Assembly (NCBI GenBank): GCA_003990765.1
Contig: RBNJ01000005.1
Span: 1 to 64,000, forward strand
Length of the DNA: 64,000 bases
Direction: 5' to 3'
Source: Jimgerdemannia flammicorona
Lineage: Eukaryota
Under the pieces are notes generated by a model that saw only the letters and a program-made list of their open reading frames with translations, was not told the DNA's origin and made no database searches. Each line of letters opens with the position of its first letter. The stretch's first letter is position 1. The position numbers were made by a program, and so were the translations under genes. This document shows, piece by piece, positions 50,401-64,000 of this stretch.

Positions 50401-53400
50401 AGAATCTCATAGCCCAAATAGCTATAATGGCAGCAACTATTACTGCCTTAGTTAAACAGACTAGATTAACTAAAAGTCTGAGTCTACTTATCCTCAATAG
50501 TACTATATAAGAAGTTCAAAGCTTTATTAGAGTAGTAGATATCAATTTTGAAGCCAATCAATAGACTAATATATAAGTAAGTTACTGATCACCTTCTGAC
50601 AAACTGAGATCACAATATTAAACAACTTTTTGCTACTACTATGACTTATATCTACAGAGTTATTACATTTTTCTGAAGACCTGCTGAAGAATAGTAGTGA
50701 ATACTTCCTAAGAACCTCTAATATAAGACACCCAATCTGCTGTTTTTACTCAAAATATAGCAAATAATTCCCCTAGATATAAAGACCACTCTATAGCTCC
50801 TGAGCTTAAATAACCCATAATTACTTGATATCTAAGTAAAATCCTAATAGCTGAATCTTGAGTTAAACTCTATAATTTTTAATTTAATATATATAAAAAA
50901 GAAGAATTTAAAACCTTCTATATAAAACTCAAGTTACTTCTGAATACTGTTAGCTTAGAATATATCACCAATGATGAAGCACAAAATAGTATAAGAGCAG
51001 ACCACTTATTCAATATACTACCAGAATAGCTTACTAGAAAAATCTAAGAATAAGATGACTCTATTGGTTATAATTACCAAAAATAATACCTGAGTAGAAT
51101 TAAGATCATAGTTAAGTAAATTCTAACTGCTGAACCAATTCTATCTCAAAAAAAAATTCTATAGATATAATAAAGAAAAACCATAAACCAAGAAAGAGAA
51201 ACTCAAACATAAACTATCCCAAGCTCTCTCTATATCCACATCCTAGATATCTAGAAATTCTGAACCTATCTTACTAAGTACCTTCAAAAAGCTCACTGAA
51301 GGAGAGTGAAATAAACTCAAAAGAAGTAGAGTATACTTCTATTGCTGAAAGACAGAATACATAGCTAGTGCTTGTTCTAATAGAAAACTCTAAACTATAA
51401 TATAGGCAACTTCACCACTCTGTACCATCTCAATAATCTGACTACCAAAATACTAAACTTTATCAAGTTAAGGATAACAGCTACTGCCCCTACTAAATAA
51501 AGCTAAAAAGTAGCAGATATAATCTATATATTACTAAAGAAGATATAGTATCCAACTATAAAATCAAGTAAGTCTATATAGAAATCAGTATACAAATTCC
51601 AAAAGAATATATTGGATAGATATATTCTTATAGCAGTCTAGCATTGGAAGAACTCTCAGTAGAAAGGGGAGTTATTGATGAAGATTACATAGATAAAATT
51701 ATTGTCCTCATCTGGAACCATAGTTGGATACTCTTCAATATCTCTATTGATTACTATATTGCCTAGATCCTATTTCAGAAAATTGAGTCTACTCTAATAA
51801 TTAAGAAAGTTCCTAAACTACTATCTACTATCTGAGGTTTAAAAGAATTTGACTCATCAAACAAAGCCTCAGTCTAATTTACAGCAAATAAGAAAGAATA
51901 ATTCTATGGAAAAATTGAAGAAGAATTTATATCTAGTAGTTAATACTCTTATAGTATTAAAATATACTCTTCTTAAATAAATAACAATTACTTCTCATAT
52001 ATTAATAAATCAGTCAAATAAAGGACTAACAGAAAAAAGCCACCAAAATATATAGTTACTATTATAGATCAGACAAACTGCTTATCTTGTAAGCTTTTAT
52101 CAATTGAGTCCCTGTCAAGATCATAATAGACAGTACTATTTCTGGCAACTTTACTAATAAATAGAAAACCAAAAGACTTAAAGACTGACCTTCTCAGTAT
52201 AACAAATACAAGCAGTTGTCACTGCTGATAAACCTCACATATTATTAAAAAGGAAGTCTGCAATCTACTCTTCAGAATTAGTAACTACTGAGTATATATT
52301 ACTCTCCAAATTATATTACTCCCAGATAATAAGATTATTCTTAGAATATCTTAGTTAAAATAAAAAACTCTATAATAGATTAAGTAAACCATTCTCTGGC
52401 TATAAAGAAGAGACAATATAGTTTTAAGCTATAAGATGAAAAGGTTTATCAATTCTAGTGAATCTGACTAAAGATCATTTGTATCAATAAACTCTAACTT
52501 AAGAAATTAGTAAAAAAAAAATGCTCTTTCTTTGTTATTTCCATATGCTCATCTAAAGGAGAACTAAGAAATCTTAAGAAAGACTTCTCTAAAGTTGACA
52601 ATTAAGTCAGACCCATGCTCCAGAGATTTTGAGACATATTTTCAAAGAAACTATTTAAGAGACTACTATCTATTTAAGTAGTAGATCATACAATCAAGAC
52701 TATATCAAGTGTTAAACTAGTCTTTAAGTCTATCTACTATATATCTTCTAGAGAAATTGATACTCTTAAAAAAGAGATTGATGAACTTCTAGAATAAGAA
52801 TTCATTAGGCCTAATATATTATTATATAGTATATAAGTCTTCTTTATTATCAAAAAAGGAGGAGATCTCTGTATATATATTGATTATTAAGATCTCAATA
52901 AACAGATTATTAAGAACTGTTGCCCTCTACTTTGAATTGATGAAGTCTTTGACAGACTTATCAACTTACAATTTATGAGTTCTTTTAACCTCTAAAATAG
53001 ATACTGGTAAATTGCTATAAAGGGAGACATCTACAAAACTACCTTCTGAACCTACTCTAGATACTTTGAATTTTAAGTTATATTCTTTGACTTAACTAAT
53101 ACTTCTACAATATTCCAGATCTTGATGAATACTCTTCTATATCTATATCTAAATAAATTTATTATTATCTATATTGATGATATTTTAATCTTTAGCAAAA
53201 CCCTAAAGAAATATCTTAAACATCTTAAACTAGTACTACACAAACTCTGAGAAAACCAACTCTTTATAAAACTTAGTAAATAAAAATTTCTTTTGAAAGA
53301 AATTCAATTTCTTAGAAATATAGTTACACTTAATGGAATTAAAGTAGATTTTAGCAAAATCTCTGTAATTAAGAAATGGCCCAGACTCAAGAAGCTAAAA

Positions 53401-56400
53401 GACCTTTAGTTATTTTTAGAATTAATAAACTATTATATGTAATTTATTATAAACTTTGGCAAAATCACCACTACTCTTATCTAACCAACTAAATATAGTA
53501 AAAAAGAAGAATAACTCTAGACTATAAAGTAAGAAAAAGACTTCAACAATCTTATTAATTAGAGATCTGAATAAGATATAGTGTTTCAAGTCTTGAAAGA
53601 TACTCTGATAACTACTCCAGTACTTTAAGCAATAAATCCTACTATGTTATATAAAGTTACCACTGATGCCTCTGAGCTAGCTCTTAGAGTAGTACTTATA
53701 CAAGAAGAATACCCTGTGGCCTATCATTTCAGTAAGTTCAATGATACTAAATTAACTATACTATCTATGAGAAAGAGATGTTAGCCATTATAAATACTCT
53801 GATTAAATAGCATCTATACTTTAAAGGAGTACACTTCACTATTTTGATAGACTACAAATTATTGATCAATATCAAGACCCAGGCTATTCTTTTCCAAAAG
53901 TAAACTAGATAGATGAAAATTCTTACCAACTTTGACTATGATATCTAGTACTACTCTTATAAGAAAAGTATTATTACTGATATTATCTCTATATTACTCA
54001 TTGATGAAGTAATCCAAACTCTTATCTTAGTTACTAATTCTATTATAGAATAAGTTATCACAGCATATATTGATGATAAAAAAGCTCAACCATGTTAAAA
54101 AATCTTGAGTAATGATAATATCAGTATATAATCTCAATACTATCACTACTAATTAAAAGATAATACTATTTATTATAAGGATAAATTGAATATTTCTAAC
54201 AACTGCAATCTCTAAAGAACTATCTTCTTTAAATATCATAATACTCCTATAGTTAGATATATATTTAGAATTTGATAAATATTATAATTTTATCTCCTAA
54301 AACTTCTATTAGCTCTAAATAGTAAACTAGTTAAAGATCTATATTACTTCTTAAGATATCTGCTAGCAAAACAAGTTCTCAACTTTAGCAAAACTAAAAC
54401 TACTCAACTCTATCTCAGTACTCTCTGTTAATTGGAAATAAATCACAATAGACTTTATTATATAACAACTTTAAACCAATAATGAGAAGGATATAATTGT
54501 TGTCTTTATAGATTATTTCAACAAATAAGCCCACTTTATATCTACTACTATAACTACAATAGTATCTGAAATTACTACTCTTTTATTTAACAATATCTTC
54601 TACTATCTTGGTCTCTCTAAAATCATTATTAGTAACTGAGATCCAAAATTCACTATTTATTTTTGAAATGCTCTATACTTATACCTTGGAACAAAACTAG
54701 TACTATCTACTGTCTTTTACCCTAAAACTGATAGCCAAACTGAAAGAATGACCTAAATTCTTGAGCAAATACTAAGGAACTATATTTCTTATAAGTAAGA
54801 TAATTGGCATAAATATCTCACTATAGTTAAGTTTGCCTACAATAATAGTAAATAAGCCTCTCTTAAAATAACTCTATTTTTTTTAATAATATAGAATAAA
54901 ACCCAAACACTCTCCTGACTCTTATCAGATCTACAGATGAGCTCTCTACTGTTGAAGCTATTGAAGAATTTCTACTCTAAATATACAACTTAACCCAAGA
55001 ATCTATCTCAAGTCCAAAACTAATAATCTCAGTATATCAACTGATACTATTGAGAAGAATTTTTTGATATTAGTGAAAACATCTTACTAGATATCCAAGA
55101 ATACTAAATTGATAACCTCAAGTACAAACCTTCTACAAAACTAAACAGTAAGTTCATCAGACTATTTAAAATTATTATATAAGTTTCTCTAATATCCTAT
55201 AAGCTAGCTTCATCAGATATGTACTATCAAGATTTCTCTGGTCTTCAATGTTCAACATCTCAAGCAATATAATGAAAATGGTGATGTCTTGTTTCTGAAC
55301 TAAACTATAAAACCACCAGTACCTATTATTATTAATAACTATGAGAAATATAAAGTTGAACAAATTTTCAATAAATATAGATATAAGAACCACCCAGAAT
55401 ATCTTGTTAAATAGAAAGGTTATCTGATCTACAATACTATATAAGAACTCAGAACAAATCTCTCAAATGCTACTAATTTAGTTTAAGAATATAATTCTTT
55501 GAATAACTAGTTAAAATACTCTAATATCAACTATTACTATTGCTTCTTTCTCTACTACCTTATTAGTTATAAGATTTGATAGGTATCCTTCCAAGTCTCC
55601 TTTCCTCTATTATTACTCCCTCTATCTTGGATTGATTTGCTGTACCTGTAAGAGCATAGTGGGTGGGAGGTAATGGTGTTGAGGTGCTCCTTTATCAGTA
55701 TAAGATCAGTGTCTTCTCCACTTTTTCATAGTTTCTAGAACCTTTGACTGTATCTGGGTATACCTATTTTGATGTGGTGTTTTCTTTCTTTTACTATCAT
55801 CAATGAGGTATCATCTTGGTATATCATAGACTATATATAATATCAGCCAATATTGGGTATTAAGTACTAGTAAATGTTATCTGCAGGTCTCTGATACCTG
55901 TGGTAGGACTCTCTGAGCTTTAGTGAGCTTCCCAGTAAGTATAGTTCTGATATAGGTGACTGCTTTTCAGATTGAGTTAAGATGAGAGGGGAGATGGTCA
56001 TCATAAATAAGAGAAAGAGTAATTATAGTAGATCAGTAAGATGCTAGACTAGAAGTAGTCATTGGGGCTGGGGCAGATACTATATCAGTAGGATCTTTTG
56101 ATTGATATAGAGAGGTTAGGTGGTAGGTATTACTCTCAGCTACTTTTGGCAAGTTATGAAGTTAGGCCCTGGTCATTAGAGATGATTGGGAGACCTAAGG
56201 CTATCTGGGTCAGGTATCTTGGCTGCACTCAACTTTGCCCTATTGTATTTGATATGGTTGAGCTACTAGACAATAGCTAGCCTAAGTTTAATAAGGGTAT
56301 AGTGCTTGGGGGGTGGTAGGGGAGGATTTTGGCCTATATAGTCGAGGTTCTCTTTTAATAAAATCTGTAGGACTTCAGGTTCATTAAACAAAAAAAAAAA

Positions 56401-57170
56401 AAAAAAAAAAAATCAACTATCACCATACTATATATATTATTCTTCCAAACATTATTAGCTCTCTTATAATTATTATGAAAACTCAGTCAAAATCTTAGCA
56501 AAATTAAGATAAAAGAATATCTACTATTTAGAAAATAGCAAAACTAAAAGTCAGTCTATTCTCCCTATACTATTAGTGAGAAATGAGATATAGATATTTA
56601 AGAAGATTTCTTAGAGAAAATTCTCTAATAATGAATAATGTCAGAATTACTTCTAGTATACAGCATCAAATATATAATTCTTTAATATATAATTTAATAT
56701 ATTAGACAACTATACTATAAGTATATCACTTTCTAAAAAAAATGAATATTTTCAGACTTTTGTCTATCCAAATAGTATAATAACACTAAACTTAAATTAT
56801 AAGAACTCAATGAAGATGTAAAAAACTAAGGAGAGAGTTGTAAATATATAATCTCTAAGCTATAGAAATCTACATTACTCTCAGATCAAATTCAGAAATT
56901 ATATATAAGATTATAAAGCTGAGTTAACTCAAAGTTATAGAATATAAAACTCATGAAAACAGAACCTTATCAATCAAGATTGAAGATATATATATTAGAT
57001 ATATAGTATACCAAAACAGAGAACTACAATAAACAATAACTATAAATTCTCAAATATATATCCAGCCATGATCACTGAAGTCTACAACTGTATCTATACT
57101 AATATTTGAAATACTATTGTCAACTGTGCTATAGAACTCTTATCTCTTATAAATATCTATAGCTTAGTAC
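47480..57170 (+). mobile_element. Old, once-autonomous family A chromovirus (long-U3 LTR), heavily AT-shifted
   Basis: LTR 47480-49441; Gag ~50382; dUTPase ~51460-51860; PR ~52120; RT YIDDILIFS ~53170; RH TTDAS ~53660; IN ~54240-55250; chromodomain ~55340-55500; PPT and partial 3' LTR from 56839. Confidence 0.88.
55541..56411 (+). mobile_element. 5'-truncated non-LTR retroposon insertion with poly(A) tail
   Basis: ~22-nt A tail; 15-bp TSD ATCAACTATTACTAT (55526-55540) / ATCAACTATCACCAT (56412-56426). Confidence 0.8.
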
Positions 57171-59614
57171 TAATATAAACTCTCACCTTAGTTATTAACT
57201 CTATTATAGAATAAATTATCACAGTATATACTGATGATAAAGAAGCTCAAGTATTCTGAGAAATCTTGAGCAATGATGATATTGACAAGTACTCTCAGTA
57301 TCACTAGTATTAATTGAAGAACAATATTATCTACTATAAGGAAAGATTGTATATTTCTAACAATCAAGACCTCTGAAGGACTATTCTATTCAAATATTAT
57401 AATACTCCTATAGCCAGATATTTAGGATTTGACAAATACTATAAAGTTATTTTTTGATACTTCTATTGGCCCTATATAGCAAATTGGTTAAAGACCTACA
57501 TCACTTCCTGTAATGTTTGCCAATACAACAAGTCCTCAATACTAGCAAAACCTGATCTACTCTACCCTATTCCAGTACTATCTGCTAATTGGGAATAAAT
57601 ATCTATAGACTTTATTGTACAACTACTCTAAACCAATAATGAGAAAGATGTAATTGTTGTCTTCATAAACTATCTTAGCAAAAAAGTCTATTTAATACTT
57701 ATGGCTACAATAGCAATAGTATCTGAAATTACTTTACTCTTATTTGATAATATCTTCTACTATCATAGTCTTCTCAAGATTATTATTAGTGACTGAGATC
57801 CAAAATTCACAAGCTACTTTTAAAAAGCTCTACATATATACCTTGGAATGAAACTTGTACTATTTATAGCCTTTTATCTCACAACTGATGACCAAACTGA
57901 AAGGATGAATCAAACACTAGAACAAATGCTAAGGAACTATATTTCCTATAGGCAAGATGATTGACATAAATACCTTACTACAGTTGAGTTTACCTATAAC
58001 AACAGCAAACAAACTTCTCTTAAAATGACTCTATTTTTTGCCAATATAGGATAAAACCTGAACACCTCTCTGACTCTTAGCAGAACTATAAATGAACCCT
58101 CTACTGTTGAAGCTATGTATTGAAGAATTTCTACTCTGAATGTATAATATAAGCCAGATTGAAATTGAGAATTTTTCCTAAGCTCAAGGACAATAATTAT
58201 AGTATTTCAACCAATACTACTAAGAAGAAATATTTGACATCAGAGAAAAAGTTCTACTAGATATCTAAGGATACTGAGTTGACAACCTCAAGCACAGACT
58301 CTCTATAAAGCTAAATAGTAAATTTATTAGTCTATTCAAAGTTATTATACAAGTCTCTCCTACTTCTTACAAATTAGTACTACCAGATATCATCAAGATT
58401 CACTCTGTCTTTAATGTCCAACATCTCAAGTGATATAATGAAAATAATAATAAGCTATTCTCAAATCAAACTACAAAACCACCAGCACCTATCATTATTA
58501 ATGACCAGGAAGAATATGTAGTTGAACAAATCCTCAACAAATGTAGCCACAAGAACTATTTATAATATCTTATCAAATGGAAAGGTTATCCAATCTATAA
58601 AGTAATATGAGAACCCAAAACCAATCTCCAGAATACTACTAACTTAGTTCAAGAATATGATTCTTTGAACAACTAAACCTGAATACTCCAATACCTATTA
58701 GTCTTATACTATATATTACTTCTCTCAAATATTGTTAATACTATCCTTATAATTATCATAAATAAAATCAGAAACTCAGCAAGTCAAGATAAAAGAAATA
58801 CTGATTCTTTAGAAAAATAGCAAAACTGAAAGATAGTTTATTCTCTCTTTACTACTAGTGGAAAATGAGACATAGATATTAAGAAGATTTCTTAAAGAAA
58901 ATTCTCTAGCAGTAATGATATCAGAATCACTTCCAGTGCATAGTATCAAACACATGACCCTTTAATATATAAATTTAACATTTTAGGCAACTGTACTATA
59001 AGTATACCACTTTCTGAGAAAAATGAACATTATTAAACTTTTGACCATCCAAATAGTATAACAAACACTAGACCAAATTAGAAGACCTTGATGAGAACAT
59101 CAAAAGCTAAGAAGGGGAGAGTTGTAAGTACACAACCTCTAAGCCACCAAAATTGCATATTACCCTCAGAACAAATTCAGAAATCACATACAAGATTTTG
59201 AAGCTAAGTTAAACTAAAGTCACAGATCACAAAGCTAAGTTAAACTGAAGTTACAGATTACAAAGCTGAGTCAACTTGAAGTTATGGAATACAAGATTTA
59301 CATAAATAGAATCTTACTAATCAGGACTGAAAGTATATATACTAAATATGCAGATACATCAAAATGAAAAACTACAACAAACTAAACAAACAACTACAAC
59401 TCTTAAATATATCCCAAACATAATCACTGAAATCTACAACTATATCTATACTGATATTTGGAATATTATTATCAACTGAGCTACAACTCTTCTGCTCCTC
59501 ATAAATATCTATAGCCTAGCACTCCTCTATTTTGTAGAAGCCTGATGGAATGCCCTGAACATATATAGCAAAGCTCACTGAATCAGACAAATCTCAAGTT
59601 ACTACCAGATTAGT
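57171..59614 (+). mobile_element. 3' fragment of another old family A copy (integrase, chromodomain, PPT, partial LTR)
   Basis: Duplicates ~54020-57170; QTERMNQTLEQMLR; EEYVVEQILNK..YLIKWKGY; PPT then LTR from 59123. Confidence 0.88.
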
Positions 59615-62600
59615 TATAAGTGCACAACCTCCAAGCCACTGAAATCACATGCAATCTCTGAACAAATCTGGAAATCACCTACATGATCACAAAGCTGAGT
59701 CAAACTGAAGTCACAGTGCACAAAGCTGAGTCAACATGAAGTCACGGAATACAAGATTCACACAAATGGAATCTTACCAATCAGGACCAAATGCATATAT
59801 ACTGAGCACCAAGATGTGTCGAAACAAAGAACCAAAACAAACAATAACCACAACTTCTGAACATATACAAATATGACCACTGAGATCTACAACTGCATCC
59901 ATGCTGACATTTGGAATGCCATTGTCAACTGAGCCACCCCCTCTGCCCCTCATGAATATCTATAGCTTAGCACCTCTCTACTTCATGGAAGCCTGATGGA
60001 ATGCCCTGAATATACTTAGTGAGGCCCACTGAATTAGACAAATCTCAAGTTACTATCAGATCAGTCACCTCCTAGAAGACATGGTCGAACACCACCACGA
60101 TACAGACATCACTCAGATGTCTCAACATCAGAAACTCATTTCCTGCAAACATCAAGAACTCTTCTATGAGTATAGCACTGTTATTCTCTGCCTCCAAGTT
60201 ACTACCACCGAAATGGTTGCTACCCTGTCCTATGGCCAAATCAACAACATGATACAAGAACTCAATCACAAGTACCTTGAGTATGTTGAGACTACAGACA
60301 GAACCTTTCCACACCCCAATGACCATATCCTGCAAATGCCTCAAGTCGGATATGCCATGAAGGATGTCTATGATATAATCTGATTTGATAAAGATGAAGT
60401 AGAAGACAATGATCCCTCTGATGCTGATATGACCTCAAGCCAAGGATCCCTGCCAACCCTGATCACACCACCAACCTTACCGATGAACTTACAATAGTTC
60501 ATAACTACATATGAGACTTATTGGGACAATGATCACTGGTATGAATACCAACCCACATTTATTCTCGATTACTTTAATTATAATGAAGAGACTGGAGAAC
60601 ACAACCTGTATCTTCAGACAACTCTCAAGATCAAACCAACAACTCTGCCACCCAAGTACAAGTGATTTGAACCACAGCCACCAGCTTACTACAACCCTGC
60701 AACTCATAGTGCTATAACCTATAGAAGGTATACAGATAGTGAATCTGATGAAAGTAAAGATGATACACCACTCCTTTACCCACCAATACCTTATCCAGTA
60801 TACAAGACAGAAGACGCGATCCTGTGGGACAGTGATGAAGTTCCAATGTATTATTACCTCAGCGAATAAGGAGAAGTAATCTGCAAACTACTCTTCCTAG
60901 ATGACTATGTTATCAGAGATGATGTATTGATGGTAATGTTATTGAAGACTACCCAGACAGTGTCTAAATCTATAAATAGCTTAGCAGTCATAGTATAGTT
61001 AGATTAGCCTTATACAATATGACTGTGAACTGACTCAGCAGTCAGATGATCTCTAGATATGTCAGATCACACCTGTACTATGTAACTACATTCTGACTTA
61101 GCAAGACACTAAGTGCTACATCCATATCTAGCATAGTCCAGATAGCCCCTCACTAGTATAAATACCCCCTCCCCCAGATCTCAGAATCTCAGACTCGAAC
61201 ACACCAGAACAATCTGAACACAACTTCTGAGCACTTCTCCACAATATCTCTTCACATAACTACTCCTAGTATAGTAGTATTATAAATAGCAAATAAACCT
61301 ATTTAATAACCCACAAACCACTCTTAAGTAAATCTGCTCCCTGTTAGGTCCCACTCCTAACCCCATCACAAAATTTCCTAATTGGGTATTGTCTGCAGCG
61401 ATATGCCAATTCAACTAAGCTGGTCTTAGTTTCTTGAGCTTCCTGAAATACAGAAAATCCTGAACATCTAGAACTAGTCCGAAAAAAAACTTTAGTTGAG
61501 ACATCAACCTGATCTTGAAATCAATAAGTGTAGAGGATATACTCTATATGAAATTGATCTTGACCAGAAGAAAACAGTCTTCCAGAATATCCAGAACTTC
61601 CAGAAAACTCTTCCAGAACTATGTAATGGTTACTGTAAAAAGCAACCCTCTTACAACTTGGTAGCAGTGGTTTACAATCCAATTCTGCTTCAAGATGCTT
61701 CCTCACTCCACTATAAACCCTTCTGAGAATTCCTACAAGTTGGTATAAAGCCCAACCTCTGAGCTGGAATTTATCCTGAACCATCTGACAATCTGGAGAG
61801 AATTGAATCTGACATATAAGGACAATTTGACCTCTACACCTGTAACAAGTGGGACAAACTTCACTTAAAGAAAGAAGTACTCTGATTAAATCAGCAAATA
61901 GGTGAAACCCTATTCACCAAACTCCTTGCCCTACACCCAGCAAGTTAAGATGAAGAAGGTCTTATAGAAGCCTTCTTTATCCTTCTCAATAAGAGTTTTA
62001 TCAGCTCTATAAATCTGAGCGACCTAGAACAACCAGCAGCAGTCTTTCTAGCCTTAGTCTCTCACGAAGCCCAAGCCTCTGTAGCCAAGTGGCTCAACTC
62101 TACCAACTTTCACCATACTAGGACCAAGACTGCATTATACTACCAATTCCAGAACAGCAAGGCCTGCCATATTCTTAAGGAAGAAGCAAGAGAAACCCTT
62201 CATCAACTATCTGACCCCAAACCAGAAGCAGGCCCTACTACTGCTCTACCTGAATCTGAGACCAACACTGAACCAGAACTTGACTTTGAACTAAGTCCAT
62301 CTGAAATCAGATATATAACTGATTCTGTCTACTTTGATACTGAGCAAACCCAATTACATAGGGACCAAACCAAAGAAGAGGAGGAGTATCTCAGTAAATT
62401 TGATCCCAGATATATCACTGAAGGAGACACACCTCCATCAGGACAGAATACACTGACACAGCAACAGATAGCTATCTATTGAGCCCTCACTCCAGACCCA
62501 CAACTACTACTCCAGCAACTTACACAGACCCAAAGAACTCCATCACACTCTGTACCAGTACCTCAAGTAGTACCAGTAACACCACTACCAGCAGTCCAAC

Positions 62601-64000
62601 TGCCTCCAGTAAACAATATGGCAAACCAACAGATTCTAGACCTTACAGCCCAGGTAGCAATAATGGCAGCAACCATTACTGCCTTAGCCAAACAGACCCG
62701 ACCTACCAAAAATCTGAGCCTACCTACCTTCAATGGTACTGCACAAGAAGTCCAAAGCTTCATTAGTATAGTTGACACCAACTTTGAAGCCAATCAACGG
62801 ACCAATGAGTGAGTTGCTGACTGCATTCTGATAAACAATCAAGACCACACTCTGGAACAACTCTTTACTACAACTACAGCCTATGTCCACCAAGTTGTTA
62901 CATTCTTCCAAGGACCTGCCAAAGAATGGTAGTGAACCCTTCCTGAAAAACCCCTCACATGGGACACCCAACCTGCAGTAATTGCTCAGAATGTAGCAAA
63001 TAATACCCCAGGATATAGAGCCCATCCTGTAGCCCCTGGACTCAAATAACTCATGATTGCTCAATACTGCAGTGAAACCATGATTGCTGAATCTCGAGTA
63101 AAACTCTACAATCTCAAATTTGATGTATATGACAAAGAAGAATTTGAAACCTTCTGTACAAAACTTGAGTCACTCCTGAACACTGTTGGTCTAGGATATA
63201 TTGCCAATGATGAAGTATGAAATGGTACAAGAGCAGACCATTTATTTGATGCTCTGCCTGAATGGCTTACTAGAAAAATCCGAGAACAAGACCACCCAGT
63301 TGGTTGTGATCACCAACAATGGTGCTTGGTAAGAATCAAGACTATGGTTAAGCGAATTCTAACAGCTGGACCAATTCTGCCCCGAAGACAATTCAATAAC
63401 AAGGAAAAGACTTGGACTAAGTGAGAAGAACCCAAGCATGAAGCATCCCAAGCTCCCTCCACATCCACCTCATGGACACCCAGAAATAATAAACTCACCT
63501 AGCTGAGTACCTTCAAGAAACTCACCAAAGAAGAAAGGAATGAACTTTGAAGAAGCAGAGCATGCTTTTATTGCCAAAAGACAGGACGACATATGGCCAG
63601 TGCCTGCCCTAACCAAAAACTCCAAACAGCAATATGAGCAACTATTACTACTCTGCACCACCTCAATAATCTAACTACCAGAACACTGGACTTTGTCAAG
63701 TTAAGATAAACTGCTGAGGCCCCAACTAAAGGAAGTCAAAAGGCAGCTGGATATGACCTGTATGCAGTTGAAGAAGCTACAGTTTCCAACTGAGAAGTTA
63801 AGTAAGTCTACACAGGAATCAGTATCCAAATCCCCGAAGGATATATTGGAAGAATATATTGTTGCAGCAGCCTAGCATTGAAAGGACTCTCAGTAGAAGG
63901 AGGAGTCATTGATGAAGATTATACAGGCGAAATTATTGTCCTCATCTGAAACCATAGTTGGACACCCTTCAAGATTCCCATTGATTTCTGCATTGCACAG
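59615..64000 (+). mobile_element. Family A copy A3 with long (2,041-bp) 5' LTR; runs off the window
   Basis: LTR 59615-61655, PBS TGGTAGCAG, Gag ATG 62618, dUTPase from ~63690. Confidence 0.92.
59873..60998 (+). pseudogene. Decayed ~370-codon ORF in U3 of the long family A LTR
   Basis: MTTEIYNCIHADIWNAIV, one frameshift near 59940, then one frame through ORF 60081-60383 to ~60998 with few stops, each one C>T from a sense codon; remnants at ~47740, ~57070, ~59420. Confidence 0.6.

Overview
A eukaryotic (intron-bearing, most likely fungal; Mucoromycota-like by inference) transposon-dense block, about 95% mobile DNA around one intact host F-box/LRR gene (32449-33682). Resolved nest, in order: a decayed IS630-Tc1-mariner-type transposase between two minisatellites, interrupted by a 3,026-bp solo LTR (TGTGAC..GTCACA, CTAT TSD) carrying an intact 353-aa ORF in U3; a dUTPase-bearing chromovirus-type Ty3/Gypsy family (A) in five copies, two of them RT/RH/IN-deleted and one inserted antisense into the other; an L1-like LINE; a second dUTPase-bearing Ty3/Gypsy family (B; tRNA-Pro PBS, extra ORF3), full length at 35123-45348 plus a fragment; a Ty1/Copia; a relic third dUTPase Gypsy (C); and a 5'-truncated poly(A) retroposon. 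Best candidate for an undescribed system: LTR-borne accessory ORFs. Family A LTRs share both ends but carry two unrelated U3 reading frames, the B-related solo LTR carries an intact ORF resembling family B ORF3, and family A Gag has a Met-less ~370-codon in-frame extension starting inside the LTR. Repeats show CpG loss and, in old copies, RIP-like CpA>TpA decay. All calls are by eye; no database search or alignment was run.
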